Source: Clostridia bacterium
GTDB lineage: Bacteria > Bacillota > Clostridia > RGIG6154
DNA: 64,000 nt
Assembly: GCA_045589295.1 (NCBI GenBank)
Contig: JAZNOU010000012.1
Location: forward strand, 183,230 to 247,229
Direction: 5' to 3'
Positions 28,478-39,431 of the stretch are shown here, piece by piece. Within the stretch, counting starts at the first letter, position 1. The number at the start of each line of letters is the position of its first letter. The position numbers and the translations under genes were made by a program. Under the pieces are notes generated by a model. It was not told the DNA's origin. It saw only the letters and a program-made list of their open reading frames with translations, and searched no databases.

Positions 28478-29946
28478 ATTATATTACACACAAAAATTCG
28501 GTTGTTTTATATTGGGATTTGCCGGACAACTATAAAGCAGGTGATAAATTCACAGTGCTTTTAAATGGTGAAGAAATAGGTCAGACCGAAAAATGTCATT
28601 TTAAGACACAGGATTTAAACAGGGGGCCAGAGTATAGATTTGAAGTTTTGGGTGTTGGCAAAATTACAGCTAAACTCCAACCTGAAAAAAACAGGATCGA
28701 CATATCCAAACCTCCATATAATGCAACAGGTGATGGAAAAACTTTGAATACAAGGGCTATCCAGCAGGCGATTAATGATTGTAAAGCGGGAGAATGTGTT
28801 TATATTCCTGAGGGGGATTTTATGACAGGTTCGCTTTATCTTCACTCAGATATGGAGCTTTATCTTGAAAAGGGCGCAATTCTTCATGGAACAACTTGTG
28901 TTGAAGATTACACACCCAAAATTAAAAGCCGTTTTGAGGGCATTGAAATGATGTGCTATGCTGCACTGCTTAATATCGGCGAGCTTGACAGAGCAAAGGG
29001 AGTAACATGCCAAAATGTGAAAATTACAGGCGAGGGAATGATTTGCGGAGGCGGAAGAGAGCTTTCTGACAATGTTATTGCGCTTGAATTTGAACTTATG
29101 AAGGATGAACTTGCCAAAATGGGAGATGAAATAAAAGAGTGTGAAACTTCTTGGACAATCCCTGGAAGAGCAAGACCAAGACTTGTTAATATAAGCTGTG
29201 CAAAAAATGTTGAGATTTCAGGTGTTACAATTGCATACGGCCCGTGCTGGAATGTTCATATGATTTATTCTGATAACATTGTTACATATGGATGTGAGTT
29301 TCATTCCAAAAATGTTCACAATGGTGACGGGTGGGATCCTGACTCGTCAACTAATTGCACACTTTTTGGCTCAGAGTTTTACACTGGTGATGATTCTGTT
29401 GCAATAAAGTCGGGCAAAAATCCTGAGGGAAATATAATAAACAAACCAAGTGAGCACATAAGAGTTTTTGATTGCATCAGTCACTCAGGGCACGGAATTA
29501 CAATAGGAAGTGAAATGTCGGGAGGAATTAACGACGTTAAAATATGGAATTGCGATGTCAATAATTCAATGTTTGGCGTTGAAATAAAGGGAACAAGAAA
29601 ACGTGGCGGATATGTTAGAAACGTAAGCGTGAGAAATTGCGAGGTTGGAAGAATTATTTTCCATTCCGTTCCTTATAATGATGACGGTGAGGGTTCAAAA
29701 GTCCCGCCTGTTTTTGAAAATTGCTTGTTTGAAAACATCAAAATTTCTGCTGTAAAACAGGAAGATGATGGTGCACTTACCCCGTGTGAAGCAATTGAAG
29801 TTGCGGGATTTGACGAAGAAGGACATTTTGTCAAAAATGTCAAGTTTAAAAATATTTGCTTAGATAATGGCAAGGGCAGCCAAAGGCAGACAATTTATCT
29901 TCAGTGCTGTGAAGGTGTAAGCTTTGAAAATATTTATGCCAGATAA
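28474..29946 (+). CDS. GH28 (exo)polygalacturonase-like enzyme with N-terminal FN3-like domain
   Basis: NGDGWDPDS, TGDDSVAIKSG, HGITIGSEMSGG, EIKG; ATGA overlap with upstream gene; no signal peptide. Confidence 0.9.
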   Translation: MNYITHKNSVVLYWDLPDNYKAGDKFTVLLNGEEIGQTEKCHFKTQDLNRGPEYRFEVLGVGKITAKLQPEKNRIDISKPPYNATGDGKTLNTRAIQQAINDCKAGECVYIPEGDFMTGSLYLHSDMELYLEKGAILHGTTCVEDYTPKIKSRFEGIEMMCYAALLNIGELDRAKGVTCQNVKITGEGMICGGGRELSDNVIALEFELMKDELAKMGDEIKECETSWTIPGRARPRLVNISCAKNVEISGVTIAYGPCWNVHMIYSDNIVTYGCEFHSKNVHNGDGWDPDSSTNCTLFGSEFYTGDDSVAIKSGKNPEGNIINKPSEHIRVFDCISHSGHGITIGSEMSGGINDVKIWNCDVNNSMFGVEIKGTRKRGGYVRNVSVRNCEVGRIIFHSVPYNDDGEGSKVPPVFENCLFENIKISAVKQEDDGALTPCEAIEVAGFDEEGHFVKNVKFKNICLDNGKGSQRQTIYLQCCEGVSFENIYAR

Positions 29947-30129
29947 AAAAGTAGTTAAACGTAAAATATTATAGAAAGAAACTAAATATTGTGGTTTTAG
30001 TTGTTTGACGTGCGATATATTATATAGGAAGAAATCCGTAGCTTTTCATAAGAAAAGGTGCGGGTTTTCCTTTATACATAGCCATTTTGAAAAAATTTGA
30101 AAAAAAACAAGAAAAATTTAAAAAAACAC

Positions 30130-30158
30130 TTGATTTTTTCAGACTTTTATAGTATGAT
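30130..30158 (+). promoter_or_regulatory. sigmaA promoter of the S10 operon with A-tract UP region
   Basis: TTGATT-17 nt-TATGAT. Confidence 0.75.
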
Positions 30159-30165
30159 ATACGAG

Positions 30166-30220
30166 TTGTATGCTGCAGAACTATGTGTGGTGTGATATGA
30201 AACACCCGGGGCAGTTGCAA
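30166..30220 (+). promoter_or_regulatory. Structured rpsJ leader (probable clostridial S10 r-leader)
   Basis: Outer stems ttgta/tgcaa and gctgc/gcagt enclose an inner ggtgt/acacc hairpin. Confidence 0.55.
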
Positions 30221-30247
30221 GAATATAAAAGAAAAGGAGGATAAAAA

Positions 30248-30562
30248 ATGGCATCAGAAAAGAAAATCAGAATCAAGATTAAAGGTTATGACCATGCGTT
30301 AGTTGACCAGTCAGCAGAAAAAATTGTTGATACTGTTAAAAGAACAGGCGCTGAGGTTGCAGGTCCTATCCCGCTTCCAACTAAAAAGGAAATAATCACA
30401 ATCTTAAGAGCTGTTCATAAGTACAAAGATTCCAGAGAGCAGTTCGAAATGAGAACACACAAAAGACTTATTGATGTGATCTCACCTAAGCAGAAGACCA
30501 CAGAAGCTTTAGGTAAACTTGATTTGCCTGCCGGAATTAATGTTGAAATCAAGGTCATCTAA
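30248..30562 (+). CDS. rpsJ: 30S ribosomal protein S10
   Basis: [22 protein letters not shown]. Confidence 0.99.
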   Translation: MASEKKIRIKIKGYDHALVDQSAEKIVDTVKRTGAEVAGPIPLPTKKEIITILRAVHKYKDSREQFEMRTHKRLIDVISPKQKTTEALGKLDLPAGINVEIKVI

Positions 30563-30626
30563 CCGGTAAGGTAGTGGGTCATGTTCGCAATACGGGCGAA
30601 CCAATAACCATAAGGAGGAAAAAATA

Positions 30627-31259
30627 ATGAAAAAGGCAATACTTGGCAAAAAGCTCGGTATGACTCAGCTTTTTGACGAAGCTGGAAAACTTATTCCAGT
30701 TACAGTAGTTGAAGCCGGCCCATGCGTTGTTGTTCAGAAAAAGACAGTTGACAACGATGGTTACGAAGCAGTTCAGATTGGCTACAAAGACATTGAAGAA
30801 AGAAAAGTTTCAAAGCCTTTGAAAGGTCACTTTGACAAAGCTGGCGTTGGCTACAAAAGATTTTTAAGAGAATTTAAACTTGAGGATGCTGCCTCAATGA
30901 ACATCGGTGACGAAATTAAAGTTGATGTGTTTGCAGCTGGCGAAAAAATCGACGTTACAGGCACAAGCAAAGGTAAAGGATATGCCGGTGTAATCAAGCG
31001 TTACAACGCACACAGACTTAAAGAAACTCACGGTACAGGTCCTGTACATCGTCATGCCGGTTCAAACGGTGCATGTTCAGATCCTTCAAGAGTATTCAAA
31101 GGTAAGAAAATGGCCGGTCATATGGGCTGCGAAACAGTTACCATTCAGAATCTGGACGTTGTAAATGTTGACGTTGAAAAGAACTTGCTTTTAGTTCGCG
31201 GAGCAATTCCGGGACCAAAAGGCGGATTAGTAATAGTTAAAAACTCAGTTAAAGCGTAA
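30627..31259 (+). CDS. rplC: 50S ribosomal protein L3
   Basis: [21 protein letters not shown]; operon order. Confidence 0.99.
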   Translation: MKKAILGKKLGMTQLFDEAGKLIPVTVVEAGPCVVVQKKTVDNDGYEAVQIGYKDIEERKVSKPLKGHFDKAGVGYKRFLREFKLEDAASMNIGDEIKVDVFAAGEKIDVTGTSKGKGYAGVIKRYNAHRLKETHGTGPVHRHAGSNGACSDPSRVFKGKKMAGHMGCETVTIQNLDVVNVDVEKNLLLVRGAIPGPKGGLVIVKNSVKA

Positions 31260-31285
31260 GTTTTTAAGGAAGGAGGAAGTTACAC

Positions 31286-31909
31286 ATGCCTAACGTGGCT
31301 TTATATAACATGGATGGTAAAGAAATCGGAACCATCGAGTTAAACGAAAGCTTGTTTGCTGCTGAAGTAAACGGTTCTGTTTTGCACGAAGTTGTTAAAA
31401 ACTATCTTGCTAACCAGAGACAGGGTACTCAGAGCACAAAAACAAGAGCAGAAGTTAGAGGCGGCGGCATTAAGCCTTGGCGCCAGAAGGGAACAGGCAG
31501 AGCTAGACAGGGTTCTATCCGTTCACCACAGTGGATTCACGGCGGTATCGCATTGGGTCCAAAACCAAGAGATTACAGATATTCAATTAACAAGAAGATG
31601 AAACTTGTTGCTTTAAAATCTGCTTTATCTTCAAAGGTTGCTGACAGTAAGATTTTTGTTATCGATACATTAGCACTTGATGAAATCAAAACTAAGAAAG
31701 TTGTTAACCTCCTTGGAAACGTTGGAGCTACAAAAGCTCTCATCGTAACAAGCGAAATTAACGAAAACGTATACAAATCAGCAAGAAACATCGAAGGTGT
31801 TAAAGCATCTTATGTTGGCGAACTTAACGTATATGAACTTTTGAAATATGACAGCCTTGTTATTTCACAGGATGCTGTTAAGAAATTAGAGGAGGTGTAT
31901 GCTATATGA
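31286..31909 (+). CDS. rplD: 50S ribosomal protein L4
   Basis: [19 protein letters not shown]. Confidence 0.99.
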   Translation: MPNVALYNMDGKEIGTIELNESLFAAEVNGSVLHEVVKNYLANQRQGTQSTKTRAEVRGGGIKPWRQKGTGRARQGSIRSPQWIHGGIALGPKPRDYRYSINKKMKLVALKSALSSKVADSKIFVIDTLALDEIKTKKVVNLLGNVGATKALIVTSEINENVYKSARNIEGVKASYVGELNVYELLKYDSLVISQDAVKKLEEVYAI

Positions 31910-32196
31910 TGTATCATGATATTTTAAGAAGACCTATCATATCAGAAAACTCAATGGAAGATATAGCAAACAAAAAGTACACCTTTGAAGTTGCAGCAAA
32001 AGCAACAAAAGTGGATATTAAAATCGCTGTTGAGCAGGTTTTTAAAGTACAGGTTGCTAAAGTTAACACAATGAACTATCTTGGCAAAACTAAGAGAATG
32101 GGTGTTCATGTTGGTAAAAGACATGACTGGAAAAAAGCAATTGTTACTTTGAAACCAGATAGCAAAGCAATTGAATTTTTTGACGGAATGGCTTAA
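31906..32196 (+). CDS. rplW: 50S ribosomal protein L23
   Basis: [17 protein letters not shown]. Confidence 0.98.
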   Translation: MMYHDILRRPIISENSMEDIANKKYTFEVAAKATKVDIKIAVEQVFKVQVAKVNTMNYLGKTKRMGVHVGKRHDWKKAIVTLKPDSKAIEFFDGMA

Positions 32197-32229
32197 TTGA
32201 ATGAATTGAAATGAAGGAGTTGAAATTAA

Positions 32230-33063
32230 ATGGCTATAAAAAAATATAACCCGACTACTCCGGCAAGAAGAAATATGACCGTTTCAACATTTGAGGAAAT
32301 TACCAAAAAGTCTCCTGAAAGAAATTTGGTTGAAACAATCAAAGAAAAAGCCGGAAGAAACTCATACGGTAGAATCACTGTTCGTCACAGAGGCGGCGGT
32401 GTAAAAAGAAAGTACAGAATCATTGACTTTAAGAGAAATAAAGACGGTATCGAAGCTAATGTTATAGCAATCGAGTACGATCCAAACAGAAGCGCTAATA
32501 TCGCGCTCTTGGAATATGCTGATGGCGAAAGAACATACATCATCGCTCCTCTTAATCTTAAAGTTGGCGATAAAGTTATCTCAGGCGAAGGCGCTGACAT
32601 TAAACCTGGTAACGCATTGTTCATTAAAGATATCCCAGTTGGTACTTTAATTCACAATATCGAACTTATGCCAGGCCGTGGTGCTCAGATGGTTAGATCT
32701 GCAGGTAACTCAGCACAGCTTATGGCTAAAGAAGGCGCTTACGCTCAGGTTAGACTTCCATCAGGCGAAGTTAGAATGGTTAGCGTTAAGTGTAAGGCTA
32801 CAATCGGTGAAGTTGGTAACCAGGATCACGAAAATATTTCTATCGGTAAAGCTGGTAGAAAAAGACATATGGGCTTCCGTCCAACAGTCCGTGGTGTTGT
32901 TATGAACCCGAATGACCATCCGCACGGTGGTGGTGAAGGTAAATCACCTATCGGCCGTCCAAGTCCTGTTACTCCTTGGGGTAAACCTGCACTTGGTCTT
33001 AAGACAAGAAAGAAAAACAAAAAATCAGATATGTTTATTGTTAGAAGACGTAACGGTAAATAA
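32230..33063 (+). CDS. rplB: 50S ribosomal protein L2
   Basis: [21 protein letters not shown]. Confidence 0.99.
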   Translation: MAIKKYNPTTPARRNMTVSTFEEITKKSPERNLVETIKEKAGRNSYGRITVRHRGGGVKRKYRIIDFKRNKDGIEANVIAIEYDPNRSANIALLEYADGERTYIIAPLNLKVGDKVISGEGADIKPGNALFIKDIPVGTLIHNIELMPGRGAQMVRSAGNSAQLMAKEGAYAQVRLPSGEVRMVSVKCKATIGEVGNQDHENISIGKAGRKRHMGFRPTVRGVVMNPNDHPHGGGEGKSPIGRPSPVTPWGKPALGLKTRKKNKKSDMFIVRRRNGK

Positions 33064-33081
33064 TATATATGGAGGTAAAAC

Positions 33082-33360
33082 ATGGGTAGATCAGTTAAAA
33101 AAGGCCCTTTCGTGAACGAAAAGCTCCTGAAAAGAATTGTTGAAATGAACGAAGCAGGCGAAAAAAGAGTTTTAAAGACCTGGTCAAGAAGCTCAACAAT
33201 CTTCCCTGATATGATTGGTCATACAATCGCTGTTCATGACGGAAGAAAGCATGTTCCGGTATATATCACTGAGGACATGGTTGGTCATAAATTAGGTGAA
33301 TTTGCTCCCACAAGAACTTATAAGGGACATGCCGGAGCAAAAACATCTGGAGTTAAATAA
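33082..33360 (+). CDS. rpsS: 30S ribosomal protein S19
   Basis: [21 protein letters not shown]. Confidence 0.99.
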   Translation: MGRSVKKGPFVNEKLLKRIVEMNEAGEKRVLKTWSRSSTIFPDMIGHTIAVHDGRKHVPVYITEDMVGHKLGEFAPTRTYKGHAGAKTSGVK

Positions 33361-33389
33361 TTTAGTAACGTAAGAGAGGAGGGCATAAC

Positions 33390-33725
33390 ATGGAAGCAAG
33401 AGCAGTCCTTCGTTATGCACGTATTTCACCGCGTAAAGTGAAAATCGTGATTGATTTAATCAGGAATAAGTCTGTTGCTGAAGCAATCGGTATTATCAAC
33501 AATACTCCGAAAGCTGCATCAGAATATCTTATAAAGCTGTTAAACTCAGCTATCGCAAATGCAACCAACAACCACAATATGGATGCTGAAAAGTTGTATG
33601 TTGCAGAAGTATTCGCTAACCCCGGCCCGATTTTGAAGAGAATTATGCCAAGAGCTCAGGGTAGAGCGTTCAGAATCAGAAAAAGAACTAGTCATATTAC
33701 AATTGTTCTTAAAGAAAGACAATAA
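33390..33725 (+). CDS. rplV: 50S ribosomal protein L22
   Basis: ISPRK, PRAQGRA, SHITI. Confidence 0.99.
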   Translation: MEARAVLRYARISPRKVKIVIDLIRNKSVAEAIGIINNTPKAASEYLIKLLNSAIANATNNHNMDAEKLYVAEVFANPGPILKRIMPRAQGRAFRIRKRTSHITIVLKERQ

Positions 33726-33745
33726 TCTTGTAAGGAGGTAATACA

Positions 33746-34405
33746 ATGGGTCAGAAGGTACATCCACACGGACTCAGAGTCGGCGTTATCAAAGATTGGG
33801 ACTCCAAATGGTATGCTGATTCAAAAAACTTCGGCGACAGCTTAGTCGAAGATTACAATGTGAGAGAATATCTTAAAAAGACTCACTTTGATGCCGGTGT
33901 TGCAAAAGTTGAAATTGAAAAACCATCAAACAGACTTAAAATCAACATCTATGCAGCTAAACCTGCGTTTATTATCGGCAAAAAAGGTGAAGGTATAGAA
34001 AAGACAAAACAGGCAATCGTTAAAATGACAGGCAAAAACGTTTCAATTAACATTATTGAAATCAAACAGCCTGACATGTGTGCACAGCTTGTTGCTGAAA
34101 ACATCGCTGCACAGCTCGTAAAGAGAGTTTCTTTCAGACGTGCTATGAAGCAGGCAATGGGAAGAACAACAAAAGCAGGTGCTATGGGTATTAAGGCTGC
34201 TTGTTCAGGTCGTTTGGGCGGTGCTGAAATTGCTCGTACAGAACAGTATCACGAAGGCACAATTCCGCTCCAGACAATCAGAGCTGACATTGACTATGGT
34301 TTTGCAGAAGCTGATACAACATTCGGTAAAATCGGTGTTAAAGTTTGGATTTATAAAGGCGAAGTTCTTCCTGGAACTGGTAAGAAGAAGGGAGAGAATA
34401 AATAA
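33746..34405 (+). CDS. rpsC: 30S ribosomal protein S3
   Basis: [23 protein letters not shown]. Confidence 0.99.
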   Translation: MGQKVHPHGLRVGVIKDWDSKWYADSKNFGDSLVEDYNVREYLKKTHFDAGVAKVEIEKPSNRLKINIYAAKPAFIIGKKGEGIEKTKQAIVKMTGKNVSINIIEIKQPDMCAQLVAENIAAQLVKRVSFRRAMKQAMGRTTKAGAMGIKAACSGRLGGAEIARTEQYHEGTIPLQTIRADIDYGFAEADTTFGKIGVKVWIYKGEVLPGTGKKKGENK

Positions 34406-34845
34406 TGTTATTGCCTAAAAGAGTTAAATACAGAAGAGTTATGAGAGGTCGTATGACCGGTAAAGCTACAAGAGGTAACAAAGTAAGCTACGGCGAATTT
34501 GGTATCCAGGCTGTTGAGCCAGGTTGGATCAAGAGCAATCAGATCGAAGCTGCCCGTATCGCTATGACAAGATACACAAAAAGAGGCGGTAAGGTTTGGA
34601 TCAAGATTTTCCCTGATAAGCCTGTTACAGAAAAGCCGGCTGAAACACGTATGGGTAGCGGTAAAGGTTCTCCTGAGTACTGGGTTGCAGTTGTTAAACC
34701 AGGCAGAGTAATGTTTGAAATCGGTGGTGTTTCAGAAGACATTGCAAGAGAAGCTCTCCGTCTTGCTATTCACAAGTTGCCTATCAAATGTAAAATAGTT
34801 ACAAAGGCTGATACAGAAACGGAAGGTGAAGCTAATGAAGGTTAA
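34405..34845 (+). CDS. rplP: 50S ribosomal protein L16
   Basis: [18 protein letters not shown]. Confidence 0.99.
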   Translation: MLLPKRVKYRRVMRGRMTGKATRGNKVSYGEFGIQAVEPGWIKSNQIEAARIAMTRYTKRGGKVWIKIFPDKPVTEKPAETRMGSGKGSPEYWVAVVKPGRVMFEIGGVSEDIAREALRLAIHKLPIKCKIVTKADTETEGEANEG

Positions 34846-35035
34846 TGAAATAAGAGATTTATCTTATGAAGAATTAGCGGTAAAGCTTGCTGACCTCAAG
34901 GCTGAACTTTTTAATTTAAGATTTCAGAATGCTACAAGCCAGTTGGATAACCCGATGCAGCTTGTTGAGGTTAAGAAGTCAATCGCTAGAGTTAAAACAG
35001 TTATGAGAGAAATTGAGCTTAAAGAAGCTCAGTAA
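34835..35035 (+). CDS. rpmC: 50S ribosomal protein L29
   Basis: [14 protein letters not shown]. Confidence 0.98.
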   Translation: MKVNEIRDLSYEELAVKLADLKAELFNLRFQNATSQLDNPMQLVEVKKSIARVKTVMREIELKEAQ

Positions 35036-35071
35036 TAATTCCTTGTTATATATAGGAAAGGAGGAGCCGAC

Positions 35072-35329
35072 TTGTCAGAACGCGGATACAGAAAGACAAG
35101 AATAGGAAAGGTTGTTAGCAACAAAATGGACAAAACAATCGTTGTTGCCATTGTTGATAGTGTTAAACATCCTTTATACGGAAAAATCGTTAAAAAGACC
35201 TACAAATTAAAAGCACACGACGAACAGAATGTTTGCGCAGTGGGCGATAGAGTTAAGGTTATGGAAACAAGACCTCTTTCAAAGGATAAGAGATGGCGTC
35301 TTGTAGAAATCGTAGAAAAAGCTCAGTAA
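35072..35329 (+). CDS. rpsQ: 30S ribosomal protein S17 (TTG start)
   Basis: [19 protein letters not shown]. Confidence 0.99.
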   Translation: MSERGYRKTRIGKVVSNKMDKTIVVAIVDSVKHPLYGKIVKKTYKLKAHDEQNVCAVGDRVKVMETRPLSKDKRWRLVEIVEKAQ

Positions 35330-35357
35330 TTTTAAAGAGCGGAAAGGAGATTTTGCC

Positions 35358-35726
35358 ATGGTACAGCAACAGTCATTGTTGAAGGTAGCAGACAACACCG
35401 GTGCAAAAGAACTCATGTGCATCCGTGTACTCGGCGGTACAAGAAGACGTTATGCCAATGTTGGCGACGTTGTAGTTGCTTCTGTTAAGAAAGCAACACC
35501 GGGCGGAGTTGTTAAAAAAGGCGAAGTAGTTAAAGCTGTTATTGTTAGAACTGTTAAAGGCTTAAAAAGAGCTGACGGTTCATATATAAAATTTGATGAA
35601 AATGCAGCAGTTATTATCAAAGAAGATAAAAATCCAAGAGGTACTCGTATCTTTGGACCTGTTGCAAGAGAATTGAGAGATAAAGAATATATGAAAATAT
35701 TATCTTTAGCTCCAGAAGTATTATAA
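35358..35726 (+). CDS. rplN: 50S ribosomal protein L14
   Basis: [22 protein letters not shown]. Confidence 0.99.
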   Translation: MVQQQSLLKVADNTGAKELMCIRVLGGTRRRYANVGDVVVASVKKATPGGVVKKGEVVKAVIVRTVKGLKRADGSYIKFDENAAVIIKEDKNPRGTRIFGPVARELRDKEYMKILSLAPEVL

Positions 35727-35741
35727 TAGGAGGTACAACCA

Positions 35742-36062
35742 ATGAAAATGCATATTAAAAAAGGTGATACAGTAGTTGTACTTTCAGGTAAAGATAAAGG
35801 CAAAAAAGGTAAAGTACTTGCTGTATTCCCAAAAACTTCAAAAGCTATCGTTGAAGGCGTTAACGTTGCTACAAAGCACTCTAAGCCAAGAAGACAGGGT
35901 GAAGAAGGCGGAATTATCAAGCAGGAAATCGCTATTAATGCTTGCAAATTGATGCACGTTTGCTCAAAATGTAACCAAGCTACCAGAATCGGACGTAAAG
36001 TTTTAGATGATGGTTCAATCGTTCGTTATTGCAAAAAGTGCAATGAATTATTTGCAGATTAA
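35742..36062 (+). CDS. rplX: 50S ribosomal protein L24
   Basis: KKGDTVVVLSGKDKGKKG (KOW). Confidence 0.99.
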   Translation: MKMHIKKGDTVVVLSGKDKGKKGKVLAVFPKTSKAIVEGVNVATKHSKPRRQGEEGGIIKQEIAINACKLMHVCSKCNQATRIGRKVLDDGSIVRYCKKCNELFAD

Positions 36063-36085
36063 TCAAAGGAAGGAGGAATTTTTAA

Positions 36086-36628
36086 ATGACCCGACTTTAT
36101 GAAAAGTATGTTAATGAAGTTGCACCTGCTCTTATGAGCAAGTTTGGTTATAAAAGCCCCATGCAGATTCCAAAGATTGAAAAAATCGTTATTAACATGG
36201 GCGTTGCAGAAGCAAAAGACAATTCTAAAGCATTAGATGCTGCTGCAAATGACTTGGCTATCATTACAGGTCAGAAGCCTCTCATTACTAAAGCTAGAAA
36301 ATCTGTTGCTAACTTTAAAATCAGAGAAGGCATGAACTTAGGATGCAAAGTTACTTTAAGAAAAGACAAAATGTACGAATTTATGGACAGATTGTTCAAC
36401 ATCGCGCTTCCGCGTGTTAGAGACTTCAGAGGTATTAATCCTGATTCCTTTGACGGAAGAGGAAACTATGCTTTCGGTCTTAAAGAACAACTCATTTTCC
36501 CTGAAATTGAGTACGATAAAATTGACAAAATCAGAGGTATGGACATTATCTTTGTTACTACCGCTAAAACTGATGAAGAAGCGAAAGAGCTGCTCACTCT
36601 TATGGGTGCTCCGTATGCACATAATTAA
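36086..36628 (+). CDS. rplE: 50S ribosomal protein L5
   Basis: [22 protein letters not shown]. Confidence 0.99.
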   Translation: MTRLYEKYVNEVAPALMSKFGYKSPMQIPKIEKIVINMGVAEAKDNSKALDAAANDLAIITGQKPLITKARKSVANFKIREGMNLGCKVTLRKDKMYEFMDRLFNIALPRVRDFRGINPDSFDGRGNYAFGLKEQLIFPEIEYDKIDKIRGMDIIFVTTAKTDEEAKELLTLMGAPYAHN

Positions 36629-36642
36629 GGAGGTAACATATC

Positions 36643-36828
36643 GTGGCTAAAAAAGCAATGATTATTAAACAGCAGAGAACTCCTAAGTATGCAACAAGAG
36701 CTTACACAAGATGTAAGATCTGCGGAAGACCGCATGCTTATTTAAGAAAATTCGGTATTTGCCGTATTTGCTTCAGAGAATTAGCGTACAAAGGTCAGAT
36801 TCCTGGTGTTAAAAAAGCAAGTTGGTAA
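36643..36828 (+). CDS. rpsN: 30S ribosomal protein S14 type Z (zinc-binding)
   Basis: RCKICGR...CRICFRE. Confidence 0.98.
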   Translation: MAKKAMIIKQQRTPKYATRAYTRCKICGRPHAYLRKFGICRICFRELAYKGQIPGVKKASW

Positions 36829-36881
36829 GATTTATCTTACTATGTAAGTTATGTTAAGTATTATGGAAGGAGGCAACATAT

Positions 36882-37280
36882 ATGCATATTACAGATCCTA
36901 TCGCAGATATGCTTACTCGTATCAGAAACGCAAATGACGCAAAGCACGAAACAGTTGATGTTCCTTGCTCAAATATGAAAAAGGCTATTGCTGACATTTT
37001 GCTTGAAGAAGGATATATTAAAAATTATCAGATCATTGATGATAATAAGCAGGGTATTATTAGAATTACTCTTAAGTATGCTGCTAACAAGAAAAAGGTT
37101 ATTTCAGGTCTTAAGAGAATTTCAAAACCCGGTCTCAGAATTTACGCATCTAAGGAAGATCTTCCAAGGGTGTTAAGAGGTTTAGGTATTGCTATCATCT
37201 CTACTTCTAAAGGTATTATGACCGATAAGAAGGCTAGACAGAACAATGTAGGCGGCGAGGTTTTAGCATACATCTGGTAA
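36882..37280 (+). CDS. rpsH: 30S ribosomal protein S8
   Basis: [21 protein letters not shown]. Confidence 0.99.
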   Translation: MHITDPIADMLTRIRNANDAKHETVDVPCSNMKKAIADILLEEGYIKNYQIIDDNKQGIIRITLKYAANKKKVISGLKRISKPGLRIYASKEDLPRVLRGLGIAIISTSKGIMTDKKARQNNVGGEVLAYIW

Positions 37281-37323
37281 TCATTGATTTCCAGATAAGC
37301 ACAAAGTTAAGGAGGTGTATACG

Positions 37324-37866
37324 ATGTCCAGAATAGGAAGAATGCCAATCGAGGTACCACAGGGCGTCGAAGTAAAACTTGGTGCGGGTAATGAAATTAC
37401 AGTTAAAGGTCCTAAAGCTACTCTTTCAAGAGTATTGCATCCTGAAATGCAGATCGCTGTTGAAAACGGACTTGTTACTGTTACAAGACCTTCGGAGAAT
37501 AAGACACACAAGTCACTCCACGGACTTACCCGTACATTGATAAATAATATGATTATCGGTGTAACTGAAGGTTACACAAAAACTCTTGAAATTAACGGCG
37601 TAGGTTACAGAGCTCAGAAACAGGGCAACAAGCTTGTTATGAACCTTGGTTATTCACACAACGTTGAAATGGAAGAACCAGAGGGCGTAAAAGTTGAAGT
37701 TCCTAACCCTAACCAGATTATCATTTCAGGTAGTGACAAACAGGCTGTTGGTCAGTTTGCTGCTGTGGTTAGAGAAAAGAGACCGCCTGAACCATACAAA
37801 GGCAAGGGTATCAAGTACTCTGATGAAGTTATCAGACGTAAAGAAGGTAAGACAGGTAAGAAATAA
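37324..37866 (+). CDS. rplF: 50S ribosomal protein L6
   Basis: [14 protein letters not shown]. Confidence 0.99.
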   Translation: MSRIGRMPIEVPQGVEVKLGAGNEITVKGPKATLSRVLHPEMQIAVENGLVTVTRPSENKTHKSLHGLTRTLINNMIIGVTEGYTKTLEINGVGYRAQKQGNKLVMNLGYSHNVEMEEPEGVKVEVPNPNQIIISGSDKQAVGQFAAVVREKRPPEPYKGKGIKYSDEVIRRKEGKTGKK

Positions 37867-37900
37867 TGCTGCCTGACACTTTAGAAAGGAGTGGAGAGTT

Positions 37901-38260
37901 TTGATTAACAAAACTGCAAGTAACGTTGCAAGAGTTGCAAGACATGCTAGAGTTAGAAAACATATCTCAGGAACACCTGAAAGACCTCGTCTTTGTGTTT
38001 TCAGAAGCTCTAAGAATATATACGCTCAGATTATCGACGATGTTAATGGCAACACTTTGGTTTCAGCTTCTTCATTAGAAGCAGGCTTTGAAGGTGTTGG
38101 TTCTAACAAAGAAGCTGCTAAAGCAGTTGGTAATATGGTAGCAAAAAAAGCACTGGATAAGGGTATCAAGAATGTTGTATTTGACAGAGGCGGATATGTT
38201 TATCACGGTAGAGTAAAAGAATTAGCAGAAGGTGCCAGAGAGGGCGGCCTGGAATTCTAA
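37901..38260 (+). CDS. rplR: 50S ribosomal protein L18 (TTG start)
   Basis: [17 protein letters not shown]. Confidence 0.99.
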   Translation: MINKTASNVARVARHARVRKHISGTPERPRLCVFRSSKNIYAQIIDDVNGNTLVSASSLEAGFEGVGSNKEAAKAVGNMVAKKALDKGIKNVVFDRGGYVYHGRVKELAEGAREGGLEF

Positions 38261-38274
38261 TTAGGAGGTAAACT

Positions 38275-38775
38275 ATGGCAGAGTTAAACACAAACGGTAT
38301 GGAATTAAAAGAAACCGTTGTTAATATCAACCGTGTTGCCAAGGTTGTAAAAGGTGGTAGAACCTTTAGATTTAGTGCTTTGGTAGTAGTAGGTGACGAA
38401 AATGGTCATGTAGGTTGCGGAATGGGCAAAGCTGCTGAAATTCCGGAAGCTGTTAGAAAGGCTATTGAAGACGCTAAGAAAAACATGGTTTATGTTCCAA
38501 GAGTAGGAACAACAATTCCGCACGAAATCATCGGCGAATTCGGCGCAGGCAGAGTATTACTTAAACCTGCTGCACCTGGTACCGGTGTTATCGCGGGCGG
38601 TCCTACCAGAGCAGTACTTGAACTTGCTGGTATCAGAGATATCAGAACAAAGTCATTACGTTCAAACAATCCTAAGAACATGGTAGGCGCAACAATCGCA
38701 GGTCTTGCTAGTCTTAAAGAAGCTAAAGACGTAGCAGAACTTCGCGGAAAAACAGTAGAAGAATTATTAGGTTAA
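38275..38775 (+). CDS. rpsE: 30S ribosomal protein S5
   Basis: [18 protein letters not shown]. Confidence 0.99.
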   Translation: MAELNTNGMELKETVVNINRVAKVVKGGRTFRFSALVVVGDENGHVGCGMGKAAEIPEAVRKAIEDAKKNMVYVPRVGTTIPHEIIGEFGAGRVLLKPAAPGTGVIAGGPTRAVLELAGIRDIRTKSLRSNNPKNMVGATIAGLASLKEAKDVAELRGKTVEELLG

Positions 38776-38788
38776 GGAGGAGATTTTA

Positions 38789-38968
38789 ATGGCAAGCATC
38801 AAAGTTACTTTGGAAAAGAGTCTTATCGGAAGAAAGAAAGACCAGATTGCCACTGCACATGCTTTAGGTCTTAAGAAAATCAGACAGACAGTTGTGCATG
38901 AAGCAACTCCTCAGATTTTAGGCATGGTTAATAAAGTTTCACACCTTGTCAACGTAGAGGAAAATTAA
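38789..38968 (+). CDS. rpmD: 50S ribosomal protein L30 (59 aa, absent from ORF track)
   Basis: Manual translation: [59 protein letters not shown]; RBS aaggagg. Confidence 0.97.
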   Translation: MASIKVTLEKSLIGRKKDQIATAHALGLKKIRQTVVHEATPQILGMVNKVSHLVNVEEN

Positions 38969-38989
38969 TTTTTAAGGAGGTGCACTAAT

Positions 38990-39430
38990 ATGAAGCTTAG
39001 TGAATTATCACCAGCTCCAGGTTCTGTTAGAGAACACTACAGAAAAGGAAGAGGTCATGCTTCAGGTAATGGTAAACAGGCTGGCCGTGGTCACAAAGGT
39101 CAGAACGCTCGTACAGGCGGCGGTGTAAGACCGGGTTTTGAAGGCGGACAGATGCCATTATACAGAAGATTGCCTAAGAGAGGCTTCACAAATATTTTTG
39201 CTAAAAAATATGTAGAAGTTAACCTTTCAGCACTTAACGTATTTGAAGAAGGTTCAGTTGTTACAGCTGAATTGTTAAAGAATATGGGTATTATCAGTAA
39301 AGTATGCGATGGTATCGTTATTTTAGGTAACGGTGACATCGAAAAGAAACTTACAGTAAAGGCCGCTAAATTCACCAAGTCAGCACAGGATAAAATAGTT
39401 GCTGCCGGCGGAAAGGCAGAGGTGGTATAA
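38990..39430 (+). CDS. rplO: 50S ribosomal protein L15
   Basis: [24 protein letters not shown]. Confidence 0.99.
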   Translation: MKLSELSPAPGSVREHYRKGRGHASGNGKQAGRGHKGQNARTGGGVRPGFEGGQMPLYRRLPKRGFTNIFAKKYVEVNLSALNVFEEGSVVTAELLKNMGIISKVCDGIVILGNGDIEKKLTVKAAKFTKSAQDKIVAAGGKAEVV

Positions 39431-39431
39431 G

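Noticed and set aside
30005-30032. Partial resemblance to a Firmicutes dif site (cttcctatataatatat on the minus strand)
   Set aside because: The XerD arm (ttatgtaaact-like) is absent, and the ribosomal cluster is normally origin-proximal.
26284-30120. Genomic island integrated at tRNA-Lys
   Set aside because: No integrase and no direct repeat of the tRNA 3' end found before the S10 promoter.
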